Notes under the pieces: generated by a model
What the model saw: only the letters and a program-made list of their open reading frames with translations
The model's database searches: none
What the model was told of the DNA's origin: nothing
In this document: in pieces, positions 52,099 through 62,700 of the stretch
Numbering within the stretch: position 1 is the first letter of the stretch
Layout of the letters: each line of letters opens with the position of its first letter
From: Candidatus Latescibacterota bacterium
GTDB lineage: Bacteria > Latescibacterota > UBA2968 > GCA-2709665
Length of the DNA stretch: 64,000 nucleotides
NCBI GenBank assembly: GCA_965248435.1
Contig: OZ252100.1
Span: 5,408,001-5,472,000, forward strand
Direction: 5' to 3'
Made by a program: the position numbers and the translations under genes

Positions 52099-53442
52099 AT
52101 GCCGCTTCTCAAAAGCTTTCAGAGCGCCTTTAAGATACCGGAGTTGCGCGGGAAGATCATTTTTACGTTGGCTGTCCTCTCTGTTTATAGGCTTGGGGGG
52201 CAGATACCCATTCCTGGAATCGACCGGATCGCGCTGCGGGAGTATTTCAGGGGAGCGGATCTCGGACCTCTTGGTCTTTATGACATGTTTGTGGGTGGGG
52301 CCTTTACGCGGGCGACTGTTTTTTCCCTCGGGATCATGCCCTATATCAGTGCCTCGATCATTCTGCAACTTCTTGGGGCCGTTGTTCCTTTTCTACAGAA
52401 GCTTCAAAAGGAGGGAGAAGAAGGCAGGAAGAAGATCACCCAGTATACTCGCTATGGGACGGTAGGCCTTGCCGCAGCTCAGGCTTTCGGGGTTTCATTC
52501 TTCCTGGAAAGCATCCAGGTGCCTCCTACGATGATGTCTGCTGTGCTTGATCCTGGGTGGGGATTTCGGCTGCTCACGGTGCTTACGATCACGGCTGGCA
52601 CCATATTCATCATGTGGTTGGGTGAACAGATTGATGCGCGCGGAATTGGAAATGGGATGTCTATGCTCATTTTCATCGGGATCGTCGCTCGTCTGCCCTG
52701 GGCGGTTGGCCAGGAGTATCGAGATTTCGTAACCAACGATAAGGGCATTCTTCTTGAGCTGTTCGTTATTGTAATCATTTGCGCAGTAACCGCACTTGTC
52801 GTCTTGATCACACAGGGCACTCGGAAGATCCCGGTTCAGTATGCCAAGCGGGTAGTCGGCCGGCGGGTCTACGGGGGGCAAAGTACCCACATCCCACTGA
52901 AGGTGAATACATCCGGGGTCATGCCTTTGATATTCGCTCAAGCCATTATGTTCTTGCCAAGTATGGCCGCGGGGCTCGTTCCGAACAGTGAGTTTATGCA
53001 GGAAGTCGCCGCTGGATTTTCGCCTACGAGTTCTCTACAGTCCCTTCCATATTGGACGCTTTACAGTCTGATGATCATCTTTTTTTCCTATTTTTATACA
53101 GCCATCGTCTTTAATCCAGTGGATCTGGCTGACAACATGAAACGTCACGGTGGGTTCATTCCCGGGATACGTCCCGGAAAACGGACGGCTACCTTCATCG
53201 ACCAGATTCTGACGCGAATCACTCTTCCGGGTTCGATCTTCTTAGCGGCCATCGCAGTATTTCCTTTCTTTGTAGTCGACTATCTGGGCGTACACCCAGG
53301 TTTGAACGATTTCTTCGGTGGGACGGGTCTCTTGATCATCGTGGGCGTCGCCCTCGATACGTTGCAGAGAGTTGAATCGCACCTATTGATGCGACACTAC
53401 GACGGTTTTATGAAAAAGGGTAGGCTTCGAGGGCGCAGGTAG
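52099..53442 (+). CDS. secY: Preprotein translocase subunit SecY
   Basis: LGIMPYISASII, GIGNG, FIPGIRPG, GGTGLLI. Confidence 0.99.
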   Translation: MPLLKSFQSAFKIPELRGKIIFTLAVLSVYRLGGQIPIPGIDRIALREYFRGADLGPLGLYDMFVGGAFTRATVFSLGIMPYISASIILQLLGAVVPFLQKLQKEGEEGRKKITQYTRYGTVGLAAAQAFGVSFFLESIQVPPTMMSAVLDPGWGFRLLTVLTITAGTIFIMWLGEQIDARGIGNGMSMLIFIGIVARLPWAVGQEYRDFVTNDKGILLELFVIVIICAVTALVVLITQGTRKIPVQYAKRVVGRRVYGGQSTHIPLKVNTSGVMPLIFAQAIMFLPSMAAGLVPNSEFMQEVAAGFSPTSSLQSLPYWTLYSLMIIFFSYFYTAIVFNPVDLADNMKRHGGFIPGIRPGKRTATFIDQILTRITLPGSIFLAAIAVFPFFVVDYLGVHPGLNDFFGGTGLLIIVGVALDTLQRVESHLLMRHYDGFMKKGRLRGRR

Positions 53443-53463
53443 TGTGAATATGAGGGTGAAAAC

Positions 53464-53580
53464 ATGAAAGTTCAGTCATCGGTCAAACGACGCTGCCCTA
53501 GTTGCAAGGTTATCCGCAGGAAAGGTGTCGTGCGGGTAATATGCAAAACCAATCCACGCCACAAACAGCGACAGGGGTAA
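53464..53580 (+). CDS. rpmJ: 50S ribosomal protein L36
   Basis: Hand translation [38 protein letters not shown]; too short for the ORF track. Confidence 0.97.
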   Translation: MKVQSSVKRRCPSCKVIRRKGVVRVICKTNPRHKQRQG

Positions 53581-53584
53581 TGCT

Positions 53585-53959
53585 ATGGCTCGCATTGCTG
53601 GGATAGATATACCACGAGAAAAGCGCGTAGAGGTTGCGCTGACCTACATTTTTGGCATCGGCTTTAGCGGTGCTCGGAAGATTCTCGAGAAGACGCAGAT
53701 TTCGCCCAGCACGCGCGTTGACGCGTTGACTGAGGAAGATGTGACCAAGCTCAGAAGTGTTATCGAATCTGAGTTTAAGGTCGAAGGTAACCTCAGAAGC
53801 GAAGTGGCGATGAATATCAAGCGTCTTATGGATGTCGGGTGCTACCGGGGTCTTCGATGGCGCCGCGGATTGCCCGTTCGAGGGCAGCGCACCCGAACCA
53901 ATGCAAGGACGCGCAAAGGCCCAAAACGTGGTCAAGTTAGCCGAAAGAAGAAGGTCTGA
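53585..53959 (+). CDS. rpsM: 30S ribosomal protein S13
   Basis: [19 protein letters not shown]. Confidence 0.98.
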   Translation: MARIAGIDIPREKRVEVALTYIFGIGFSGARKILEKTQISPSTRVDALTEEDVTKLRSVIESEFKVEGNLRSEVAMNIKRLMDVGCYRGLRWRRGLPVRGQRTRTNARTRKGPKRGQVSRKKKV

Positions 53960-53987
53960 ACCTTCACCTTGATTGAGGAGGGATAGT

Positions 53988-54377
53988 GTGCCGTCCGAGA
54001 AGAAGAGAGGAAGAAAACGGAATAAGAAGGTTGATTCCTTAGGGATCGCCCATATCAAGGCAAGCTTTAACAATACGATCATCACACTCACTGACCGGGA
54101 AGGTGGCGTCATCTCCTGGGCTTCGACTGGGAAGGTGGGCTTTAAGGGTTCCAAGAAGAGCACACCTTATGCGGCCCAGCTGGCTGGCGAGGCTGCGGCG
54201 AAGGAGGCGATGGCGATGGGGCTTAGACGAGTGGAGGTTTGGGTCAAGGGGCCTGGCGTCGGGAGGGAGGCAGCCGTTCGTTCCCTCCAGGGAGCGGGGC
54301 TAGAGATTTCCGCCATTCGTGATGTTACTCCAATTCCACACAACGGGTGCCGGCCGCCCAAAAGGCGGCGGGTCTAG
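53988..54377 (+). CDS. rpsK: 30S ribosomal protein S11
   Basis: [16 protein letters not shown]; GTG 53988. Confidence 0.98.
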   Translation: MPSEKKRGRKRNKKVDSLGIAHIKASFNNTIITLTDREGGVISWASTGKVGFKGSKKSTPYAAQLAGEAAAKEAMAMGLRRVEVWVKGPGVGREAAVRSLQGAGLEISAIRDVTPIPHNGCRPPKRRRV

Positions 54378-54391
54378 GGGGTATCCTAGTA

Positions 54392-55021
54392 ATGGCGAGA
54401 TACACGGAGGCGAATTGTAAACTTTGTCGTCGAGAGGGCATGAAGCTGTTTCTCAAGGGAGAGCGATGCTATCTGGAGAAGTGTGCATTTGAGCGACGCA
54501 GCTATGCTCCGGGAATGCACGGGCAGCGACCCAGTCGAAAGCCTTCTGAATACAATCTGCAGTTGCGTGAGAAGCAAAAGGCCAAGCGACAATACGGCGT
54601 TCTAGAGAGCCAGTTTCGAAGCTACTATTCCAAGGCTGCCAAACGCAAGGGTGTAACTGGCGAGCTGCTTTTGCAGGTTCTTGAATGTAGGTTGGACAAT
54701 GTCGTCTTCAGGATGGGGTTCGCTCCCTCGCGCAAAGCGGCAAGGCAGCTGGTCCGACATAGACACATAACGGTCAACAACAGAATCGTCAATGTACCTT
54801 CTTTTCAGGTGGATCCTGGCGACACGGTTCAGATTAGGGAGAAGAGCCGTCAGTTGCAAATGATTCACGATTCTCTGAAGCGTGTTGGAGAGGGGCCACA
54901 TTCATCTTGGGTCTCCCTGGATAAGGTTAATTTGAGCGGTACCCTTCTTGAACGCCCAGAGCGGGAAGAAATCCCTACTGTGGTAGAAGAGCAACTCATT
55001 GTCGAGCTCTATTCCAAGTAG
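54392..55021 (+). CDS. rpsD: 30S ribosomal protein S4 (Cys-containing form)
   Basis: CKLCRREG, QLREKQK, IVELYSK; ATG 54392. Confidence 0.98.
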   Translation: MARYTEANCKLCRREGMKLFLKGERCYLEKCAFERRSYAPGMHGQRPSRKPSEYNLQLREKQKAKRQYGVLESQFRSYYSKAAKRKGVTGELLLQVLECRLDNVVFRMGFAPSRKAARQLVRHRHITVNNRIVNVPSFQVDPGDTVQIREKSRQLQMIHDSLKRVGEGPHSSWVSLDKVNLSGTLLERPEREEIPTVVEEQLIVELYSK

Positions 55022-55049
55022 GCAATCGATGGGTTGAGGAGAGTCTTGA

Positions 55050-56066
55050 ATGAAACCTAAGAATTTTCAGATGCCTCGTTCTGTCCAGATCGACGAAGAA
55101 CGGCTTCGCGATACCTACGGCCTGTTTACAGTCCAACCCTTGGAAAGAGGGTTTGGGACGACTATAGGAAATAGTCTGCGGCGAGTGTTGCTCGCGTCAA
55201 TTGAGGGTGCGGCGATTAAGGCGATACGCATAGAGGGTGTGCAACATGAGTTTTCGGTGATTGAAGGTGTTGTGGAAGACGTAGCCGAAATCGTTCTGAA
55301 TCTTAAGGAAGTTTGCATCCGGATGCATTCTGATGAGGAGAAAATCCTGAGAATTACCATGCAGGGCCCCGGAAATCTAAAAGCCTCGGACTTGAGTGTG
55401 GACCCATCTATTGAGATCATGAATCCCGATCAACACATCGCAACTCTCGGGAAGGATAGTGCCACCGACATCGAGGTCACCGTCGGGAAGGGAAGAGGTT
55501 ACGTCTTGGCGGAGGAGAATAAAACAGCAGAGCAACCCATGGGAACGATTCCAATGGACTCTGCGTACTCACCCGTCAGAAAAGTACACTACGACGTTGA
55601 AAAGGCCCGAGTAGGCCAACAGATAGACTACGATAAACTTACCCTCGAGGTTTGGACAAACGGCGTTGTGCGTCCAGATGACGCTGTATCGCACGCAGCA
55701 AAGATCTTAAAGGACCATCTTGAGCTGTTCATTAGTTTTGAAGAAGAGCCTGAGGAGGAACCTGAAGAGGTTGTAGATGAGGAGGCCCAGAGAATTGCGA
55801 ACCTTCTAAAGATGCCTGTAGAAGAACTGGAATTGTCCGTTCGGTCTGCGAATTGCTTGAAGGCCGCGGACATCCTGGCGCTTGAAGACTTGGTTCGGAA
55901 ATCCGAAGCCGAAATGCTCAAGTTTAGAAATTTTGGCCGGAAGTCCCTTAACGAATTGACCGCAATCTTGGAAGGCGTGGGGCTCTCGTTTGGAATGGAC
56001 ATTTCGAGGTTCAAAGATTTGGCCGCAAAGGCGGAACACATGACCGTGCTTGAGGAGGAATTCTAA
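55050..56066 (+). CDS. rpoA: RNA polymerase alpha subunit
   Basis: PLERGFGTTIGNSLRR, LSVRSANCL, NFGRKS. Confidence 0.99.
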   Translation: MKPKNFQMPRSVQIDEERLRDTYGLFTVQPLERGFGTTIGNSLRRVLLASIEGAAIKAIRIEGVQHEFSVIEGVVEDVAEIVLNLKEVCIRMHSDEEKILRITMQGPGNLKASDLSVDPSIEIMNPDQHIATLGKDSATDIEVTVGKGRGYVLAEENKTAEQPMGTIPMDSAYSPVRKVHYDVEKARVGQQIDYDKLTLEVWTNGVVRPDDAVSHAAKILKDHLELFISFEEEPEEEPEEVVDEEAQRIANLLKMPVEELELSVRSANCLKAADILALEDLVRKSEAEMLKFRNFGRKSLNELTAILEGVGLSFGMDISRFKDLAAKAEHMTVLEEEF

Positions 56067-56069
56067 GAG

Positions 56070-56471
56070 GTGAGACACGCGAAGCAAGGAAGAAAACTCA
56101 ACCGCACCGCGAGTCACCGGAAAGCGACACTAAGTAATTTGGTCACGTCCCTTTTCCTACACGGTTCTATTCGAACAAGCCGTGCTAAGGCAAAAGAGTT
56201 GCGCAGCGTGGCGGAGCGGATGATTACCTTCGCCAAACGGGGCGATCTTCATGCCCGACGGCAGGTTTTGCGAAGGATTCGAAACAAACGGCTGGTGTCT
56301 AGGCTGTTCGATGAAATAGGCCCCTCATTTGCTGATCGAAATGGTGGCTACACACGATTGTTGAAGCTGGGAACTCGCCGGGGGGATAACAGCGAGGTTT
56401 GCTTGGTGAAGCTCGTAGCAGAGGAGCTCGCCTCCTCCGAGGAGACCGACGAAGAAGGAGAGAGAGTATAA
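56070..56471 (+). CDS. rplQ: 50S ribosomal protein L17
   Basis: MRH..GRKL, RNGGYTR. Confidence 0.98.
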   Translation: MRHAKQGRKLNRTASHRKATLSNLVTSLFLHGSIRTSRAKAKELRSVAERMITFAKRGDLHARRQVLRRIRNKRLVSRLFDEIGPSFADRNGGYTRLLKLGTRRGDNSEVCLVKLVAEELASSEETDEEGERV

Positions 56472-56492
56472 GTGAAGCGCCCCGGAGGTAGA

Positions 56493-57761
56493 ATGAATAT
56501 TCGAGGGCAATCTGGCCATAGGGTCGGTTTGCCCTATTTTTTGAATCGCCCTTTTTGGTGTTGGGTTGCTCTGGCCTTATTGGCCGGAGGAGTATTTTCC
56601 GATAGCCAAGCGGCGGGATCTGATCGCGAGTTCAGAGCAGTGTGGGTCGTCCGGCACACGCTTACGTCTCAAGAGAAGATCCTGGAGGTAGTCAAGACCG
56701 CGCGGGAAGCGAAATTCAATGCGCTGCTGGTGCAGGTTAGGGGGAGGGGCGATGCCTATTATCGGAGCAGCATCATACCTCGGGGGGAAGACTTGCCAGA
56801 AGAAGCGTTCGATCCACTCGAGTTGGTGATTCGACAGGCCCGACAAGTAGGTATCGAGGTCCACGCGTGGATCAACATATTTCTCGCATGGTATCCAACA
56901 AACCGAATGCCCACATCCTATCGGCACATTCTACATCAACACCCCGAATGGTTTATGACTTCGGCTGACGGGATTCAAATGGGGCGAGCGGACCTTGGTG
57001 GTGTCGACCTGGTTAGCAGAGGCGTAGAAGGACGCTACCTTTCTCCAGGCGTGCCGGAAGTGCACGAGCATCTTCTTAAGATGATCGAGGAAATCGTCAG
57101 GCGCTACGAGATCGACGGTATCCACCTAGATTACATTCGCTATCCAAATTTCCTATACGATTTCAACACCGTGAGCCGATCAGAATTTGAAAAGCGTTAC
57201 GGGTTCGATGCTCCTGACGTCTTGGCTTCAGATGAGAACCAAGAAGGGGGAGATCAGAGGCGAAAGCTCTGGGATCGTTGGCGGACGGACCAAGTGAGTC
57301 TGCTGGTTGAAGAGATTCATAGACTGCTTCTGCGACTGAACCCCAGCATCAAGCTCTCTGCTGCGGTCAAGCCTGATTTGTTGAGGGCATACCATGAGCA
57401 TGGACAGGACTGGATTCGGTGGATCAACACACAGACGATCGATTTCGTCGTACCCATGTTCTATTCGGGCTCTACGGAGTCGATCATTGGTCAGATTTCA
57501 GAGGCTCGAAAGTACGTGAAGAAGGGCCACCTTTACGCCGGAATCGGTGATTGGAACCAACCTCCAGAGGAGACCGTAGCCCAGATTGAGCAGGCTCGGC
57601 GTCTTGGGATAAAGGGCGTTGTGCTATTCTCGTACGACAGCCTCTCCAAGCGCCCTGGTGGGCTTAAGCTGCTACAAGATGGTCCCTTCTTACGTCCTTC
57701 AAGGACGCCTCTCATGCAATGGAAAGAAATGCGCCATGGTGCTGAAACCGAAGCCAGGTAA
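56493..57761 (+). CDS. GHL10/DUF187 glycoside hydrolase-like protein (YddW/DigH family), exported
   Basis: EFRAVWV, VQVRGRGDAYY, VHAW, HPEW, DGIHLDYIRYP, QDW; ATG 56493 with GGAGG (GTG 56472 is an alternative). Confidence 0.88.
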   Translation: MNIRGQSGHRVGLPYFLNRPFWCWVALALLAGGVFSDSQAAGSDREFRAVWVVRHTLTSQEKILEVVKTAREAKFNALLVQVRGRGDAYYRSSIIPRGEDLPEEAFDPLELVIRQARQVGIEVHAWINIFLAWYPTNRMPTSYRHILHQHPEWFMTSADGIQMGRADLGGVDLVSRGVEGRYLSPGVPEVHEHLLKMIEEIVRRYEIDGIHLDYIRYPNFLYDFNTVSRSEFEKRYGFDAPDVLASDENQEGGDQRRKLWDRWRTDQVSLLVEEIHRLLLRLNPSIKLSAAVKPDLLRAYHEHGQDWIRWINTQTIDFVVPMFYSGSTESIIGQISEARKYVKKGHLYAGIGDWNQPPEETVAQIEQARRLGIKGVVLFSYDSLSKRPGGLKLLQDGPFLRPSRTPLMQWKEMRHGAETEAR

Positions 57762-59112
57762 GCAGGTTGAACTCGAGATCAAGTCGGTAGACCGTAAGGG
57801 ACGCGGTGTTGGGTGGATAGGAGACTACGCAGTGGGCATTCCTGCAACTGTCCCAGGAGACACCGTTCTTGCTCGCATAGGACGCGTCCGCCATCGGAGG
57901 CGGGAGGCGGAAGCAAGGAAAGAGGAGTTGATTCAAGCCGGTATTGAGCGAAAGACCGCAAGGTGTTCTCACTTCGGAACCTGCGGGGGTTGTCTGTGGC
58001 AGGATGTAGCCTATGACGAGCAGGTTGCCGTGAAACAGACCATGGTGCTCAACTGTCTGAGGGCTAACGGATTTCAGATAGAAATTGATGATCCGATTCC
58101 AGCTGGGGATCCGTTTTATTACCGAAATAAAATGGAATTTTCATTTGGTGTTTCACCCGAAGGGGACGTCTGTCTAGGACTGCATATTGGTGGGCGATTC
58201 GACAAGGTTTTCGATTTAGAGTCTTGTTATCTTCAGTCCGATCAGTCCAACAGAATCGTGAAACGAGTCAGGGAATTCGTGCGATCAAGAGGGCTGTCCG
58301 CCTACGACCTTCGCCGGCACACGGGTCTTTTGCGATTTCTCACGATTAGGGAGGGCAAGAAGACTGGGGAAACAATGGTCATTCTGACCACTTCTGCCGA
58401 AGATGCGCCTGAGCTGGCGGAGTTGGGGAGTCAGCTAGAAAGTGAATTTCCTGAGATAAAGAGTGTTATCCGGAGTGTGAATCGACGGAAGGCGCAGGTG
58501 GCGATTGGGGACGATGAGGAAATTGTGAGAGGCCAAGGAACGGTGAGTGAACGGCTTGGCGATTACTCGTTCGAAATTTCCCCCAGTTCATTCTTCCAGA
58601 CGAATACTGCTCAGGCTGAAAGGCTATACCAGCGTGTGGTCGAGCTGGTAAATCCGGGTCCTCAGGATAAAGTATTGGACCTCTATTGCGGCACGGGTGC
58701 GATTTCACTGCTTCTTTCGGAACACTGTGGGGAAGTGATCGGGGTAGAGATATCGAATACGGCCGTGCAAGATGCGCTTCGCAATAGTGTAAGAAATCGT
58801 GTAGAAAACTGTCGATTTGTCGAGGGGAGGGCTGAGCAGATCTTAGCTCGTTTCAGAGACGAAAGTGTCCACTTCGATGCTGCTGTAGTGGACCCTCCCC
58901 GTGCGGGTATGCACCCGAAGGGTCTTCAGGCTCTGGTGGACTTAAAGCCGGAGACAATTGTCTATGTGTCTTGTAATCTACAGGCCCTTGCCGACGACCT
59001 CAAGCAGATGGAAAGCGGTGGATATCGGCCCGATTATGTACAGCTGGTGGACATGTTTCCCCATACGCCCCACTGCGAAATTCTTTCGAGACTTCGCTAC
59101 CAGAAGAAATAG
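57736..59112 (+). CDS. rlmD: 23S rRNA (uracil1939-C5)-methyltransferase
   Basis: TRAM domain, CSHFGTCGGC, SFFQTN, LDLYCGTG, DPPRAG, YVSCN, DMFPHTPH. Confidence 0.93.
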   Translation: MVLKPKPGKQVELEIKSVDRKGRGVGWIGDYAVGIPATVPGDTVLARIGRVRHRRREAEARKEELIQAGIERKTARCSHFGTCGGCLWQDVAYDEQVAVKQTMVLNCLRANGFQIEIDDPIPAGDPFYYRNKMEFSFGVSPEGDVCLGLHIGGRFDKVFDLESCYLQSDQSNRIVKRVREFVRSRGLSAYDLRRHTGLLRFLTIREGKKTGETMVILTTSAEDAPELAELGSQLESEFPEIKSVIRSVNRRKAQVAIGDDEEIVRGQGTVSERLGDYSFEISPSSFFQTNTAQAERLYQRVVELVNPGPQDKVLDLYCGTGAISLLLSEHCGEVIGVEISNTAVQDALRNSVRNRVENCRFVEGRAEQILARFRDESVHFDAAVVDPPRAGMHPKGLQALVDLKPETIVYVSCNLQALADDLKQMESGGYRPDYVQLVDMFPHTPHCEILSRLRYQKK

Positions 59113-59113
59113 G

Positions 59114-59140
59114 AAAAGCGCGAGGATGTCGACCTCGCGC
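59114..59140 (-). terminator. Terminator hairpin between convergent rlmD and greA
   Basis: GCGCGAGG / CCTCGCGC stem, T4 on the minus side. Confidence 0.7.
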
Positions 59141-59170
59141 CCTACTGTTCGGAGTCTGCGAATAATTGTT

Positions 59171-59647
59171 CTATTGGTCTCGAGTAATACTCAGAATTTC
59201 GTAGACCAATGTTCCGGCCGGGGCCTTCGCTGTCACGATCTCGTTAACACCCTTGCCCAGTAAAGAACGCCCTACCGGAGACTGCGTCGAAATCTTACTC
59301 TGTTCGAAGTCTGCCTCATCGGTGGAAACGAGCATGTATTGGACTTCCTCTCCGGTTTCCTTATTTCTCAACTTCACGGTGGCGCCAAGGTAGGCCTTGT
59401 CCTTTGGCATCTGGCTTTCATCTATGATCTCGGAGCGGACGAGCTTATCTTGAAGCCCCATGATCTTGGTTTCCAAGAACATCTGACGCTCTTTCGCTGC
59501 AGTGTACTCTGAGTTCTCACTCAGGTCCCCAAATGCTCTGGCTTTGGCAATCGCCTTGATTACATCGGGGCGCTCTTCCCTTTGAAGGCGTTCCAATTCA
59601 CTCCGAATCTTTTCATACCCTTCTTTGGTTAGGTAAACGCGACTCAT
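59171..59647 (-). CDS. greA: Transcription elongation factor GreA
   Basis: GDLSENSEY, ISTQSPVGRSLLG; ATG 59647. Confidence 0.97.
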   Translation of the reverse strand: MSRVYLTKEGYEKIRSELERLQREERPDVIKAIAKARAFGDLSENSEYTAAKERQMFLETKIMGLQDKLVRSEIIDESQMPKDKAYLGATVKLRNKETGEEVQYMLVSTDEADFEQSKISTQSPVGRSLLGKGVNEIVTAKAPAGTLVYEILSITRDQ

Positions 59648-59700
59648 GGCGGTCTGGTTCGCCCCCTCGGCGTGGGTGGTAACAAGAAATTCAATGGCTA

Positions 59701-59729
59701 AATATAAGATTATCATACATTAAAGTCAA
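59701..59729 (-). promoter_or_regulatory. sigma70-type promoter for greA
   Basis: Minus strand TTGACT-17 nt-TATATT. Confidence 0.65.
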
Positions 59730-59771
59730 GTTGTAAGGAATCTGAAATCCCTTCACGGACGAGCGAGGCCA

Positions 59772-62700
59772 GTGCATTCCGCAAGTCGTTGCGTCTCTCT
59801 GATATGTTTTCTTATGGCCTTGGAGACGGCTTTGGCCGCCAAGCCGGTTGAAACCTGGACGGCCTTTCGCACGGAGGACGGATTGGCTCACGACCTGGTT
59901 TCTTCCGTGATACAGACCACCGATGGTTCGTTTTGGTTTGGGACCCTTGGAGGAGGGATATCCAAGTACAACGGCCGTAGTTGGCGTACGTACACTGTAG
60001 AGGACGGTCTTCCAGGAAATGCCATAGGGGATCTCTTCGAAGCCGAGGATGGCAGCCTCTGGGCGGCGCTGGGAGGGCCCGCATCTGGCAGTTTGGGGCA
60101 CCGGCTGGCTAAGCTTGCCGGGGACCGGTGGGAAGCGGTAGACCTCCCCAAAACTTTAGCGAACGCCAACGTGGGTCATATCATCGGCGTTGGTGGAGGT
60201 GGGATATGTTTCGCGACACGCAGAGAGGGCATCCTACATTACGATGGCTCAGACTGGAACACGATTACGTCAAAGGACGGCCTGGCTTCGAACAATGTCC
60301 GCTGCATGCTGCGTGCCAAGGATGGGTCAGTCTGGGCGGCTTATGGATTGAGCAGGGGTTTGGGGTTCGGATTTTCCAGGGGCAGGGCGACCCTGGGTTT
60401 CGGAGCGGCGTCGCCCCCGGACCGCTTCGATCCAGTTCTAGGGCGATGGACCCGCTCGCAGCAAGGGGGGATTAGTCGATTGGATCCAAAGACGGGCCTC
60501 TGGACCGCAGATCCCGCGCTGGGGCAGCTTCGAGAAAAGTCAGTCGTTGCCATGACGCAGGCACGTGATGGTTCGATCTGGTTTGGGACGCTCAATGCCG
60601 GGGCGCTACGCTACGACGGCGAATCCTGGAAGACCTTTACGGAGGCAGACGGTTTGCCATCGAACAGAATTAATGACGCCGTATCGGCGTCCGATGGATC
60701 TGTTTGGTTCGGCACACCTGCGGGAGCTGCCAGGTACAGTCCAGGGAATGGTCAGCAAGGAGATGCTGCCTGGACTGTGTTTTCTGAGGAAGGCGGACTA
60801 CCGCACAACCACGTAACTTCTTTATTCGCAAGTCTGGATGGATCAGTGTGGGCCGGAACTTGGGGAGGCGTGGCACGCTTTGGAACGTCAGGGCTTGTGG
60901 TCCACGACAATGTCGAGACGCACGGTGGCGATGGAAGGTTTGTGTTGGCCCTTGATGTTGAGGGCGATCTTTGGACAGCGGGTGGGTCGTCCATTTATCG
61001 ATTCGAGGGTACCGCTTGGGAAGAGTCGCTCCGACTGAGTGAGCGAAATCGGGGACGCATCGTTGATCTGAGGCTGAGTCCTGATGGCGCGCTGTGGGCA
61101 GCCACGTCAAGGGCGCTCCTGGTTCATCGAAATGGAGAGTGGCGTGTGCCCCCAAAGTGGTACGAAATGCCGCGGGGACCGATCCTGTCCATCTGTCCGA
61201 CAAAGGATGGAGGGCTTTGGATGGGCACCCGTTCGGGCGCATACAAGTTTGATGGTGAGACCTGGGCACGCCTTCGTCTTAAAGTTGCAAGCCCGGTTTT
61301 CGCTATCGAGGAGGCCGATGATGGCTCTGTTTGGTTCGGGGTACAGCGTGGAGTCGTGCAGGTCGCGGCTGGCGTCCAAAGACATTTCTCTGAGTCAGAC
61401 GGACTACCTGGCGGCCCGGTAATTGACGTGCTGAAGTCTCGGGAAGGCGAGGTTTGGATCAGCACGCTTCTTGAGGGCGTCGCCCGTTTTGACGGACGAG
61501 AGTGGAATCCCGTCCCGAAGGGAAAGGGGACCATCTTCAACGGAGTGAGCAGGATGTTTCAGGCCCACGACGGGTCCTTTTGGCTGGCTTCTCCCGTTGG
61601 AGGAGCAGTCCAGACGGATGGTGAAATCTGGACCCACTACACGACCCGACAGGGCCTCCCGGGTAGTTCCGTATGGGATGTGTGTGAGGACGCGAAGGGA
61701 CAGGTCTGGTTTGCCACAAGCGGGGGATTCGGCTGCTACCTCGGCGACAGAGATCCACCAGAAACGGTCTTGATTACCCCTCCGGGACGGTTCGCCCCAA
61801 ATCAGGCTGTACTCATACGGTTTGCCGGACAGGATGTTTGGAAGCAGACACCAACAGAGGAGTTGCGTTATGCCTGGCGGCTGGATGGAGGCGCCTGGTC
61901 ATTCTTCAATCACGAAGATTGGGCGTTGCTGCCCGACTTGAATTTCGGCGAACATAAATTCGAAGTCAGGGCCATGGACAGAGAGTTCAATATGGACTCG
62001 AGTCCGGCCGTGCATTCTTTTGTTGTATTGGCCCCTGTATGGCTGAGGCCATGGTTTATCTTATTGAGCCTGGTTTCATTGGCTGCAATCGGGGTTTCAT
62101 CGGGCTATGCGTGGGTCAGGCATCGCCATTGGCGTAGGGCCCAAGTACTTCTGATCGATGAGTTGGAATCAGAGCTTGAGAGGGCACACGACCTACAGAT
62201 GGGCCTGCTTCCCACCGGACCGATTAAAAACGATCGCCTCGAGATCGCGGGCGGGTGTGCCCCCGCCAATCACGTAGGTGGCGATTATTTCAGCTACTTC
62301 TGGCTGGACGAATCGCAAAACATGCTGGGGTTCGGGGTCGCTGACGTCTCTGGAAAGGCAATGGATGCGGCAGTTCGCGTTATGCAGTTGAGTGGTATCT
62401 TTCGGCATGAATTCTCGCAATCCCGTAGATCTTTGGTGACTATGGAGAGGCTGAATTGGATCATGCAGGAACAGCTGGATGAGGCGAGTTTCATTACGTG
62501 CTGTCTCGGCAAGTTAGACCTCCGCACGGGCACGTTGGACCTGGCGAACGCCGGCCACCCCTTTCCTTACCACTTTTCTGCGGCGGCTGAAGAACTCAGA
62601 GCCTTGGAGATGCCGTCCCTGCCCCTGGCAGTCAAGCTGCCGCCTGGGAGTGCTGGTGGTGTCACGGAGAAGGAAGTTCAGCTAAATCCCGGAGATCTCG

